Part shown: positions 37,991-46,322 of the stretch, piece by piece
Layout: the number at the start of each line of letters is the position of its first letter
Numbering within the stretch: position 1 is the stretch's first letter
Source of the DNA: an uncultured Gemmatimonadaceae bacterium
Lineage (GTDB): Bacteria > Gemmatimonadota > Gemmatimonadetes > Gemmatimonadales > Gemmatimonadaceae
Length of the DNA stretch: 64,000 bases
Reading direction: 5' to 3'
Assembly (NCBI GenBank): GCA_963761305.1
Contig: CAVXGK010000002.1
Span: forward strand, 2,528,001-2,592,000
Made by a program: the position numbers and the translations under genes
The notes under the pieces: generated by a model
The model's database searches: none
What the model was told of the DNA's origin: nothing
What the model saw: only the letters and a program-made list of their open reading frames with translations

Positions 37991-40084
37991 GTGAGCCATT
38001 TCTTCCGGCCGGCCATCCTCATCCTCGTAGCGGTACGCGTCGCCGGTGCCCAGCCGACGTCAGCGATCCGTGCGACATCGAACGTCGACCGCGTCGCCAC
38101 GATCGGGACGCGGGCGCCTGTCGAGATGACGCTGAGTCGTCCGCTCGCCGGCGACGAAGGGGAGCTCGCGCTCGTGGTCGGTGGAATGGACGTGACGGCG
38201 GTGTCGGATCGGACCGACTCGTCGATCGCGTATCGACCGACGGCCCTTCCGCTCCCCGAGGGCAGGACCGAGCTCGTGCTCTATCGCCGCAGCGGAACGC
38301 GATGGGCGGAGATTCGCCGCGTCTCCGTTCGCGTCGCACAGGCCGTCACCGGACAACACGGCCCGTTCAGTGAAAGCGCGACGGTCGGCAACAAGGGCCA
38401 GGTCGCCGAAGGACGGTCGGCGGGCGTGCCGGCGCCCGATCGTCGCGTGTTTCAGGATTTCGTGCTCAACGGCGGACTTCACTCGTCGAGCGAGAACGGC
38501 GGCTGGACGTTCACGACGCAGTCGAACTACGTCGGCGTGACACGCCGGCAGGAAGCGCTCGGTTTCTCGACGCGCGGCAACGCTGCCCCGCTGCTCGACC
38601 TGTCGGACTACTCGGTCGGACTGCGCTCGTCGAACGCGACGTTGTCCGTCGGCAGCGTGACGTTCGGCGCGAGCCGCCACCTCGCGAGCGGATTCGCGGC
38701 GCGCGGCGGCACACTCAACGTCGTCGAGGGTGGAACGTCGCTCGTGGTCGGCGCGATGAGCGGCTCGTCGCAGGTCGGCTGGTCCGACTTCACGGGGCTC
38801 GACCGGCCGACCGACCGCGTTTTCGGCGCGACGCTCGGCCAGGAGATGGTCGCGTCGCATCCGGGCTCGCTTCGCGTCGACGTGACGATCCTCGACGGGT
38901 CGAAGCAGCCGCGGCCATCGTTCACGCAAAGCGCGGTCGTCGACGCCGAGCAGAGCGCGGGGGGAAGCGTGCAACTGACGGCGGCGCTTCCCAACCAGCG
39001 CGCGAGGCTCACGACGGGCTACACGCGCAGCCGCTTCGAGAATCCGTCGAACGACCCGCAATTGCTCGGCGATACGACGCTCAAGCGCCCGCAACCGGCG
39101 ACGCGCGGCGCGCGATTCGTCGAAGGAAGCGTCGTCGCCCTGCAAGATCTCGCGACGCCGCTCGGCGGGCCGGCCAACGTCACGATCGGCTTTCACGACG
39201 AGCGCGTCGACCCGCTGTTCGGGAGCGTCGGGGCGCAGCCGAACGCGGACCACCAGCAAGACGGCGCGGATGCGACAGTCTCGCTGGGTGCGATCTCGGG
39301 ACAGCTGTCGCAGAGCTGGACGCGCGACAACCTTGGCAACGTGCAGTCGGTGCTCACGACGCGCGGCGCATCGACGACGGCGAGTCTCGCGGTGCCGGTC
39401 GCGGCGCTCGGCGGCGCTCGCCTGCAGCAGCACGCCGCGCTGTTTCCGATGTTGGCGTTCACCTTCAATCAGACGCGGCAAGTTGGCGACGGCACGCCGG
39501 TGAACGGCGCGTTTCGGCCGACCGACCTTCCCGACCAGGTCAATTCGGTCGGCGATGCGACGGCGACGTGGCAGGCGGGAACGACTCGACTCTCGTTTCA
39601 CGCGAACGCCGCGACGCAGGACAATCGCCAACCCACGCGCGAGAACGCCGACTTCGATTCCGGCGTGCTCGGCGTGTCGGTGGGGCGCGCGCTCGGCACG
39701 CGCGGCGACGTTTCGCTCGACGTGGGGAACGAGTATCAGACGGCGCGAGAGCGCGACGAGACGACGCGCACCAAACGCGTGACGATGAACGGCTCGTACC
39801 GCCCGCGCACGACGTTCAACGTGATCGCCGCCTTTTCGGTGATCGACGTCCGCGCGCCTGCCGGCACGACGACGGTCAACACCGAACAGCATCTCGAGCT
39901 GTCGCAGGGATTCAACCTGTGGCCCGCGCCCGCGGGCGAGCCGCAGCGCGGCCAGCTGTTTCTGCGATTCGCGCGCACCGGTTCGCTGGTGCCGAACATC
40001 GCCGCGACGGGCGTCGTAGCCCAGGCGGCCTCCGATCGCGCGCAGTGGACGGTGGCGACCGGCGTCAACGTGAGGCTTTTCTGA
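37991..40084 (+). CDS. Putative outer-membrane beta-barrel protein with N-terminal Ig-like domain
   Basis: Signal peptide; amphipathic beta-strand pattern; C-terminal TGVNVRLF resembling a BAM beta-signal. Confidence 0.65.
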   Translation: MSHFFRPAILILVAVRVAGAQPTSAIRATSNVDRVATIGTRAPVEMTLSRPLAGDEGELALVVGGMDVTAVSDRTDSSIAYRPTALPLPEGRTELVLYRRSGTRWAEIRRVSVRVAQAVTGQHGPFSESATVGNKGQVAEGRSAGVPAPDRRVFQDFVLNGGLHSSSENGGWTFTTQSNYVGVTRRQEALGFSTRGNAAPLLDLSDYSVGLRSSNATLSVGSVTFGASRHLASGFAARGGTLNVVEGGTSLVVGAMSGSSQVGWSDFTGLDRPTDRVFGATLGQEMVASHPGSLRVDVTILDGSKQPRPSFTQSAVVDAEQSAGGSVQLTAALPNQRARLTTGYTRSRFENPSNDPQLLGDTTLKRPQPATRGARFVEGSVVALQDLATPLGGPANVTIGFHDERVDPLFGSVGAQPNADHQQDGADATVSLGAISGQLSQSWTRDNLGNVQSVLTTRGASTTASLAVPVAALGGARLQQHAALFPMLAFTFNQTRQVGDGTPVNGAFRPTDLPDQVNSVGDATATWQAGTTRLSFHANAATQDNRQPTRENADFDSGVLGVSVGRALGTRGDVSLDVGNEYQTARERDETTRTKRVTMNGSYRPRTTFNVIAAFSVIDVRAPAGTTTVNTEQHLELSQGFNLWPAPAGEPQRGQLFLRFARTGSLVPNIAATGVVAQAASDRAQWTVATGVNVRLF

Positions 40085-41397
40085 TGATGACTCGCTCGGG
40101 CCGGCTCGCGCTGTTCGCACTCGCGCTGTCGACGCTACTCGAGGCTCAGGTCCGCGTGAGTCCGACGGGCGTGAGCGTGAGCTCGATGTCCGCCACGACC
40201 GTGTTTCTCACCTTCGGCGGACTGCGCAATGAGCGGCCGGCGGACGCGTATTGGTGCGGCGAATTGATCGCGGCGTCACCCGGTGTCGGCACGCGCTGCG
40301 ATCCGAGCACGCTCTACGGACGTTTGCCGGCGCGCTACGACCTGTCGCAACTGAGCACCGTGGGCGGCGTCTTCACCGACGTCATGTCGATTCCCCCGTC
40401 CGTTGCGCGCGCGGCGTATCAAGCGGCGGTTCGCGGCGCGACGTCGACGTTCTTCTACGTCCGTCGATTCCAGAGCGTCACCGGCGGACCGGACGAGTAT
40501 GTCGCGGTCACCTGTCGGTTGACGGGCGGCGGTGCGCGCTCGCCCTTCTCGCTCACCGATGTCCACCTCCAATTCGACGGCCAGGACGCGATTCCCTTCA
40601 TCGCGGCCGGCGGCGCGCCGCCGCAAGTCGCGGCGCGAATCTCGTACACGGGCACCGGCCGTCTCACCGGACGCTGGGAGATCGTGTTGCCGGGCGAGGA
40701 CCCGCCGTCGGCGCGCGATCTGCTCACCGAGGCATCGCTGCCGCTCGACCAACGAGGTGCGCAGCGACGATTCACGCAGCTCGAACGCTTCAGCGTTTTT
40801 CTTCCGCCGGACGGCCGCGTGACGTTGCCCGGCCCGGATCCGAGCCGCTTGCCGTCGGCGATCGATGGGACGTACCAGGTTCTGCTCCGCGTCGAAGCGA
40901 CCGACGATCGCGAGGGCGATTCGAATCTCTCCGAGGCCGGCGCGGGAACGGGCATCATTCACAGCGGCGCCGTCGCCGGTTTCCCGCTGCCGGTGCTCCG
41001 CTACGTCGTCGCGGGCGATGGTGCGCGAACTCCCGATGCCTCCGCATTGACATTCAGGTTGCTCGGCGCGCGCGACGGCGATTCGTTGACGGCCGACGGT
41101 GGCGTCACGGCGCTCTGGATTCCGCCGGAAGAACGCGGCGTCGAATTCTATCGCGTCGAACTCGCGACGGACCGCGGGGACGCGCTCTTCTCGGCGCTGC
41201 TGCCGCGCGCCGCGCGCCGTTACGACGTTCCCGCATGGGCAATCGCCAAGGGCGCCGGAACGCCGATTCGCTGGCGCGTGAGCGCGCTCGGCGCGTCGGG
41301 AACGGTGTTGCGCTCGAGCGCCTGGCGGCGAGTGAAGAATGGCGCCACACTCACGTCGCCGAGCGCGCAGGCGACTACGCGCCGCAACGAGCCATGA
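40084..41397 (+). CDS. Secreted hypothetical beta-rich protein with C-terminal FN3/Ig-like domain
   Basis: Signal peptide (..LLEAQ); TGATG overlap with previous gene and ATGA overlap with the sigma gene. Confidence 0.75.
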   Translation: MMTRSGRLALFALALSTLLEAQVRVSPTGVSVSSMSATTVFLTFGGLRNERPADAYWCGELIAASPGVGTRCDPSTLYGRLPARYDLSQLSTVGGVFTDVMSIPPSVARAAYQAAVRGATSTFFYVRRFQSVTGGPDEYVAVTCRLTGGGARSPFSLTDVHLQFDGQDAIPFIAAGGAPPQVAARISYTGTGRLTGRWEIVLPGEDPPSARDLLTEASLPLDQRGAQRRFTQLERFSVFLPPDGRVTLPGPDPSRLPSAIDGTYQVLLRVEATDDREGDSNLSEAGAGTGIIHSGAVAGFPLPVLRYVVAGDGARTPDASALTFRLLGARDGDSLTADGGVTALWIPPEERGVEFYRVELATDRGDALFSALLPRAARRYDVPAWAIAKGAGTPIRWRVSALGASGTVLRSSAWRRVKNGATLTSPSAQATTRRNEP

Positions 41398-42071
41398 CGC
41401 CCTCCTCCTCGAACGTCCCGCACCTCCGGTTGGTCGAGAACGGCCAGCTGCCGGTGGGTCAGGACGCCGCGTCGTCGACGACCGATCCAACGCCGGCGGA
41501 CGACGGGTCGGTGGTCGCTGCGCCGGACAACGACGCGTCGCGCGCGTTAGAGCACGTCGTGAATCGATTCGACGGTTTTATTCGACGATCGGCACGACGA
41601 CACGGTTTGTCGGGCGCCGACGTCGACGAAGTCGTACAAGAGTTGCGGCTTCGCATGTGGAAGTCGCTCGGAACGGCGGAGCTCATTCGTCGCGCGAAGG
41701 CGTCGTACATCTACCGGGCGGCGATCTCCGCGTCGATCGACATCATTCGGCGCCGGCGCGCGCGCCGGTTCGAGACGGCGACCGACGACGCGGTCGCGGA
41801 CGTTTCGCCCGACCCGCGCCGCCGCGCCGATTCGCGCCTCGACGAGCGCGAGCTCGCCGACGCCGTGCATCGCGCGATCGGGCTGCTTGCCGAGTCGCGG
41901 CGCGCGGTGGTGCGAATGCACCTTGCGGGGTACGAACGACAAGAGATCGCCGACCTGCTCGGCTGGACGGAAGCGAAGACACGCAACCTGCTGTATCGAG
42001 GCCTCGCCGATCTCCGGCAGATTCTGGAATCGTGGGGCATCGGACCGGCGAGCGCGGAGAGATCGCCATGA
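41394..42071 (+). CDS. ECF RNA polymerase sigma-70 factor
   Basis: DVDEVVQELRLRMW, ASIDIIRRR, L.ESRRAVVRMHLAGYERQEIADLLGWTEAKTRNLLYRGL. Confidence 0.92.
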   Translation: MTPSSSNVPHLRLVENGQLPVGQDAASSTTDPTPADDGSVVAAPDNDASRALEHVVNRFDGFIRRSARRHGLSGADVDEVVQELRLRMWKSLGTAELIRRAKASYIYRAAISASIDIIRRRRARRFETATDDAVADVSPDPRRRADSRLDERELADAVHRAIGLLAESRRAVVRMHLAGYERQEIADLLGWTEAKTRNLLYRGLADLRQILESWGIGPASAERSP

Positions 42072-42688
42072 ACGACGAAAAACTTCGAGACGCATACGAG
42101 CGCGGACTGCCGCGCAGCGACGGCTCGCCGGCTCTGGACGACGTCACGGCGGAACGTCTTCGCCGCCTCGTCGAAGGCGAGGGACCGGAGAGCGAGCGTT
42201 TGCGAACGCTCGACGTCGCGCTGTCGACGGCGGAGGGACGGCGCGAGCTGGAGATCGCGTGGGCCGCGGCCAAGGCGGCGCGTCCACCGCGCCGGTCGTG
42301 GCAGCGATTCGCGACGGCAGCGTCGATCGTCGTCGTCGTCGGCGCGTCAGCGATGTGGCTGCGGGAACGGAACGCGCCGACCGGCACGGTGCTGCGTGGA
42401 TCGGAGTCGCCGGTCACACTGATCGCGCCCGTGGGCGCGGTGCGCGCGGACCACGCGACGCGTTTCTTGTGGCGCGCCGTCGGCAACGCCGAGCGATACC
42501 AGATCGTCGTGGTCGACACGACGGGAACCGAGTTGTACGCCGGTGAGACGCGCGACACCGCGGTGTCGCTTCCGGACAGCGTCCGGCTCGTCCCCGGGCG
42601 CGCGTATCTGTGGTGGGTGCAGGCCCGCCTCAACGATCAATCGACCGTCACCGCCGTGACGCAACGCCTGGTGGTCACGCCGAAGTAG
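42068..42688 (+). CDS. Putative membrane-anchored anti-sigma factor with extracytoplasmic FN3/Ig-like domain
   Basis: ATGA overlap with sigma; helical N-domain, one TM (FATAASIVVVVGASAMWL), beta-rich C-domain. Confidence 0.75.
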   Translation: MNDEKLRDAYERGLPRSDGSPALDDVTAERLRRLVEGEGPESERLRTLDVALSTAEGRRELEIAWAAAKAARPPRRSWQRFATAASIVVVVGASAMWLRERNAPTGTVLRGSESPVTLIAPVGAVRADHATRFLWRAVGNAERYQIVVVDTTGTELYAGETRDTAVSLPDSVRLVPGRAYLWWVQARLNDQSTVTAVTQRLVVTPK

Positions 42689-42714
42689 TTCGAAGCATCT
42701 CCTCGGCGAAGCGG

Positions 42715-45636
42715 TCAGCGCTTCGCGCTCGTATCGCGCGTGGGCTGTGCGGCGTCGCGCAGCCACGGGAGCGGCGCGAGGTTGGCCGGACGCAGCGGCG
42801 GCCGCATCGACGCATCGCCGATCACGGTGAATGCCGCCCAATCGGAGATGCGCGCGCCCTCGCGAATCGCCGCCAGCTTCGTCTGCCGCAGCGCGTCGCC
42901 GACGGAAAGTCCTGCCGCCATCGCCGCGTAGAACCGATCGACGAACGGCAGCACGCTGCGGTCGCCGATCGACCAGTGAGTCACAACCACCGTGCGCGCG
43001 CCCGCCTCGAACAACGGACCGACCAGACCGCGCAACCCTTCGCCGCCCAGAATCTGACCGCCGAGCGTCTCGCACGCGGACAGAACGACAAGCGAACCGT
43101 TGAGATGCAGCGCAGCTACTTCCGACGTCGAGAGAAACCCGTCGTCGCCGGGACTCGGCGCCAGCGCGAGCGCAGTGCGCGCTTGTCCTTCGCCGTCGAT
43201 CAGCGCGTGCGTCGCGAAGTGAGCGACGGCGACTTCGCGCCAATTCACCGCGCGCAACGCCGCCTCGCTCGCGTTGTTGCGAGTGAGCACGACGCTCTTG
43301 GCCGCGTAGCGAGCGACACGCGTCGCTTCGTCGGCCGAGCGGGGAAGACGCGCCAGCGATACCTCGCGGAATGGCGCCGCCGAATCAGACGCGGTCGGGT
43401 CGGTGCGCAGCTCGATTCGCCGTCCATCGCGCTCGCGCGCGAAGGCCGGATCTCCTATCGCGAGCAGGCGTGTCGCCGTTGCCGGCGCGCGCACGCTGCG
43501 GAGCGCGAGTCCGACCGTCGCCGACGGCACGATGGAGATCGCGTAGCGCTCGACCGCGAAATGATCGTCCGCCAGACGCAGCCCGTCGAACGGAATTCGA
43601 TATAGGTCGCCGTCCGGCGAGATCGAGAGACGCGTGACACGCGCCGGCAGCGCGCGGACGATCGGCTGCAGCAGCGCGGCGCCGAGCTGGCGGCTCAACG
43701 CGATCGGCTCGACGCCGGTCGCCGCGACTCGAAGGTAGTGGTCGATGAGCGGCGCGACGGCCGCGCGGTCACCGAGCGAGACCGCGAACGCCGTGTCGTT
43801 CGTGATTACGATGGCCGTCGTCGGGGCGCCGGCCTCGCCGAGGGTGAATTCCACGAGCGCTTCGTCGGCGGACAGTTGTCGCCGAACGTCGTCGACGCTC
43901 AGTGCGGCATCCGACGCCGAGATGCGTCGAAAACCGGCGAGCGCCGTCGACGAATCCGCCATGCGTCCGACGGTGCGCAGCGAGGCGTCGGCGACTTCGC
44001 GCGCGCGAACGCTTTCGATGAACCGGAACGCCGACGGGAGCCGTCCGCCGGCGACGAGTCCGGCGACGAGCTCCGGATACGCGTCACTCAACCCGCCCCA
44101 TTCGCCGCGCAGTTGCGCCAAGCCCGCGCGCAGATCGTCGTTGCTCATGACGCGCCGGCGCAGCGCGATCGCCGACGAGAGGTACGCGATCGCGCTGTCG
44201 GCGGTCGCGACGCGATGTGCGCGCAACGCGAGCTGCGCCTCGAGCGCCGCGAACGGCATTGCCTGAACGTTGTGCTGGTCGCCGTTGCGCCACAGGAAAT
44301 GCGGCCGCGCCACGGCGACCAGCGAGTCCGCCGTTTGCAGATCACCGCGCAGCATCGCCAACCGCGCCAGATACACCGGCAGTTCGATCTGCCAACCCGT
44401 GTTCGCCGACGCGCGCGCCAGGCGCGTTCCCTCGTCGAGCGCGCGCTGCGCGCTGTCGAGGCGGCCGGCGCGCATCTGCGCGGAGGCGAGCAGCCGCAGC
44501 GAACTCACGGCGTTGAAGCTCAGCCCAGCGCGGCCGAAGGCGGCGACCGACTGCGCGTACTTCGCGCACGCGTCGTCGAACGCCCCGCGCGCCTCGGCGA
44601 CGAGCCCCTCGAACTGCAGATCCACGGCGAGGCCCCACAGGTCGCCGTACGACGCGTGCATCGCCGCCGCTCGCTCGGCTTGCTTTCGCGCCGATTCCGC
44701 GTCGCCCAACGCGAAATAGAGGTCGGCGAGATCCGTGCGCGCCCAAGCCTCGGTCTGCGTGAAGCGCGCGAGCTGCGCGTCGCGCACCGCGTGCTCGAGA
44801 TCGATGCGCGCACGGACGAAGTAGCCGCGCGTGAGTCGCCCGTAACCAAGCCATTGGTTCGCCGACGCGGCGCCGTACGCAAAATGGATCTGCTCGAAGA
44901 TCCGAACCGCCTCGGCGGCGGCGCGCTCGGCCTCGAAGAACGATTGCGAGCGCTCCACGATCGTCGCGAAGCCGACATCGCAGACGCCAAGCTCGCGAAG
45001 CGACCTGCTGCTCCGCGCGACGCGGATCCCGTCGGCGAGATGCGCGCGTCCCGTCGTGTCGCCGGCCATCTCCAGGAACATGCCTTCGGTGCAGAGCAAC
45101 TCGGCCCGCTCCTCGGCGATCGGACTCTTCGCGATCGCCCGCGCCTCGCGCACCAGCTCGAGCCCCGCCTTGGGACCGGCGCGGCGGCTTCTGAGTTTTC
45201 CAACGTTCACCAGCGCCTGAAAAGCGACGTGCCAATCGCCGGCCGCGAGATCCTCGGCGCGGGCCAACATGAACAGCGAATCGGCGCGCACGACGTCGGA
45301 CCCGATCGCGCGCCAGAGCGCCATCGAGACATGGGCCGCCGCGGTGTATTGCGAGGCGGTCGGAGTCAGGCGAATGATGCGGTCGTAGAGCGAATCAGCG
45401 CGTTCGTATTGGTAGCGTTGCTGCGCCAACGCGCCCAGCGCGAGCAACGCGCGTGGATCGTTCGGATCGCGCAGCGCGGCGGCGGTCCATTCCTTCTGAA
45501 ATTTGGATTCCGTCGCGGTCTCGACGGCCGTTTGCGCCGCGCGGACGATGCGCCACGCATCGCCGGCCTCCGGCAGCTTGCCCTGCGCGGCGCCGGCGCC
45601 GACAAAGGCGGCGATCGCGAACACGAGTGAAGTCAT
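42715..45636 (-). CDS. TPR-CHAT (caspase HetF associated with TPRs) cysteine protease
   Basis: TPR-like helical repeats; ISPDGDLYRIPFDGL, AHFATH (catalytic His), VVLSACET (catalytic Cys), VVTHWSIGD, WAAFTVIG; GGAG RBS. Confidence 0.92.
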   Translation of the reverse strand: MTSLVFAIAAFVGAGAAQGKLPEAGDAWRIVRAAQTAVETATESKFQKEWTAAALRDPNDPRALLALGALAQQRYQYERADSLYDRIIRLTPTASQYTAAAHVSMALWRAIGSDVVRADSLFMLARAEDLAAGDWHVAFQALVNVGKLRSRRAGPKAGLELVREARAIAKSPIAEERAELLCTEGMFLEMAGDTTGRAHLADGIRVARSSRSLRELGVCDVGFATIVERSQSFFEAERAAAEAVRIFEQIHFAYGAASANQWLGYGRLTRGYFVRARIDLEHAVRDAQLARFTQTEAWARTDLADLYFALGDAESARKQAERAAAMHASYGDLWGLAVDLQFEGLVAEARGAFDDACAKYAQSVAAFGRAGLSFNAVSSLRLLASAQMRAGRLDSAQRALDEGTRLARASANTGWQIELPVYLARLAMLRGDLQTADSLVAVARPHFLWRNGDQHNVQAMPFAALEAQLALRAHRVATADSAIAYLSSAIALRRRVMSNDDLRAGLAQLRGEWGGLSDAYPELVAGLVAGGRLPSAFRFIESVRAREVADASLRTVGRMADSSTALAGFRRISASDAALSVDDVRRQLSADEALVEFTLGEAGAPTTAIVITNDTAFAVSLGDRAAVAPLIDHYLRVAATGVEPIALSRQLGAALLQPIVRALPARVTRLSISPDGDLYRIPFDGLRLADDHFAVERYAISIVPSATVGLALRSVRAPATATRLLAIGDPAFARERDGRRIELRTDPTASDSAAPFREVSLARLPRSADEATRVARYAAKSVVLTRNNASEAALRAVNWREVAVAHFATHALIDGEGQARTALALAPSPGDDGFLSTSEVAALHLNGSLVVLSACETLGGQILGGEGLRGLVGPLFEAGARTVVVTHWSIGDRSVLPFVDRFYAAMAAGLSVGDALRQTKLAAIREGARISDWAAFTVIGDASMRPPLRPANLAPLPWLRDAAQPTRDTSAKR

Positions 45637-45746
45637 GGACCGCTCCGGCGGCGAACGGAGTGGGAGGTGCGCCCGCCGCTGACCCCAGTAGGCAGCACTC
45701 GGCGCGGTCCGTCAAGGTTGCTCATGATCGTCCGCTGACGAAGCAT
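45633..45746 (-). CDS. Possible 37-aa bridging micro-ORF
   Basis: Start overlaps upstream stop (TGATG) and stop overlaps CHAT start (ATGA). Confidence 0.3.
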   Translation of the reverse strand: MLRQRTIMSNLDGPRRVLPTGVSGGRTSHSVRRRSGP

Positions 45747-46216
45747 CAACGCGGCCGGTCCGTTCGCGCGCAGATCGACGCCTTGAGCACGTTGCTCTCG
45801 ACTCGGGCGGGCTGGAGCTGACGCTGTCCGTCCACGATGCGGACCTCTTCGCCGAGCGTCGCGCGCACCTGGAGATACAACGTCACGCGATGCGACGGAC
45901 GCGCAGCGTCGCATGGGTCGCCGCTTGCCTCGTACCAATCGCGCAACATCGGCGTGTCGGCATACGGCTCCCACCGCGCGCCGAGGAAGTCGGCGCGATG
46001 GCTGACCCGGTACTCGGACGGGCGGGCGCCGACGGTTGTGTGCACGAGAGCGATCGCGGTCGACGACGCCGCGACCGTGTCGCTCCCACCGTTGATGGAG
46101 AACGCGGTGAGCACGGGCGGTTGCCCGCCGCTCCGCTGCGCCAGCGCGAGCGCGGGAGCACCGCCGACGAGCGCGACGACAGCGGCCGCGCGGATGTGGC
46201 GCGCTAGCGGAGCCAT
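45746..46216 (-). CDS. Small secreted hypothetical protein (Ig-like, two Cys)
   Basis: Signal peptide MAPLARHIRAAAVVALVGGAPALALAQ; FSINGG..YRVS..F..ARWEPY beta-rich pattern. Confidence 0.7.
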   Translation of the reverse strand: MAPLARHIRAAAVVALVGGAPALALAQRSGGQPPVLTAFSINGGSDTVAASSTAIALVHTTVGARPSEYRVSHRADFLGARWEPYADTPMLRDWYEASGDPCDAARPSHRVTLYLQVRATLGEEVRIVDGQRQLQPARVESNVLKASICARTDRPR

Positions 46217-46227
46217 ATGAGGGACAG

Positions 46228-46254
46228 ACGCAGCCCGTCGCCCGGGATTCTCAG
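46228..46254 (-). promoter_or_regulatory. Putative ECF promoter CTGAGAAT-N14-TGCGT (copy 2)
   Basis: Minus strand CTGAGAAT-CCCGGGCGACGGGC-TGCGT, 11 nt before ATG 46216. Confidence 0.65.
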
Positions 46255-46322
46255 GCACGGCGGAGAGTCGACGTTGGCCTCTCCGCTTCCGTTCCGGGTC
46301 GCCCGTCGAAAGGTTTGTCACG

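Noticed and set aside
45712..45725. ATGAGCAACCTTGA (MSNLD) shared with the start of the ORF at 977
   Set aside because: A 14-bp match is expected by chance in 64 kb and similarity does not extend.
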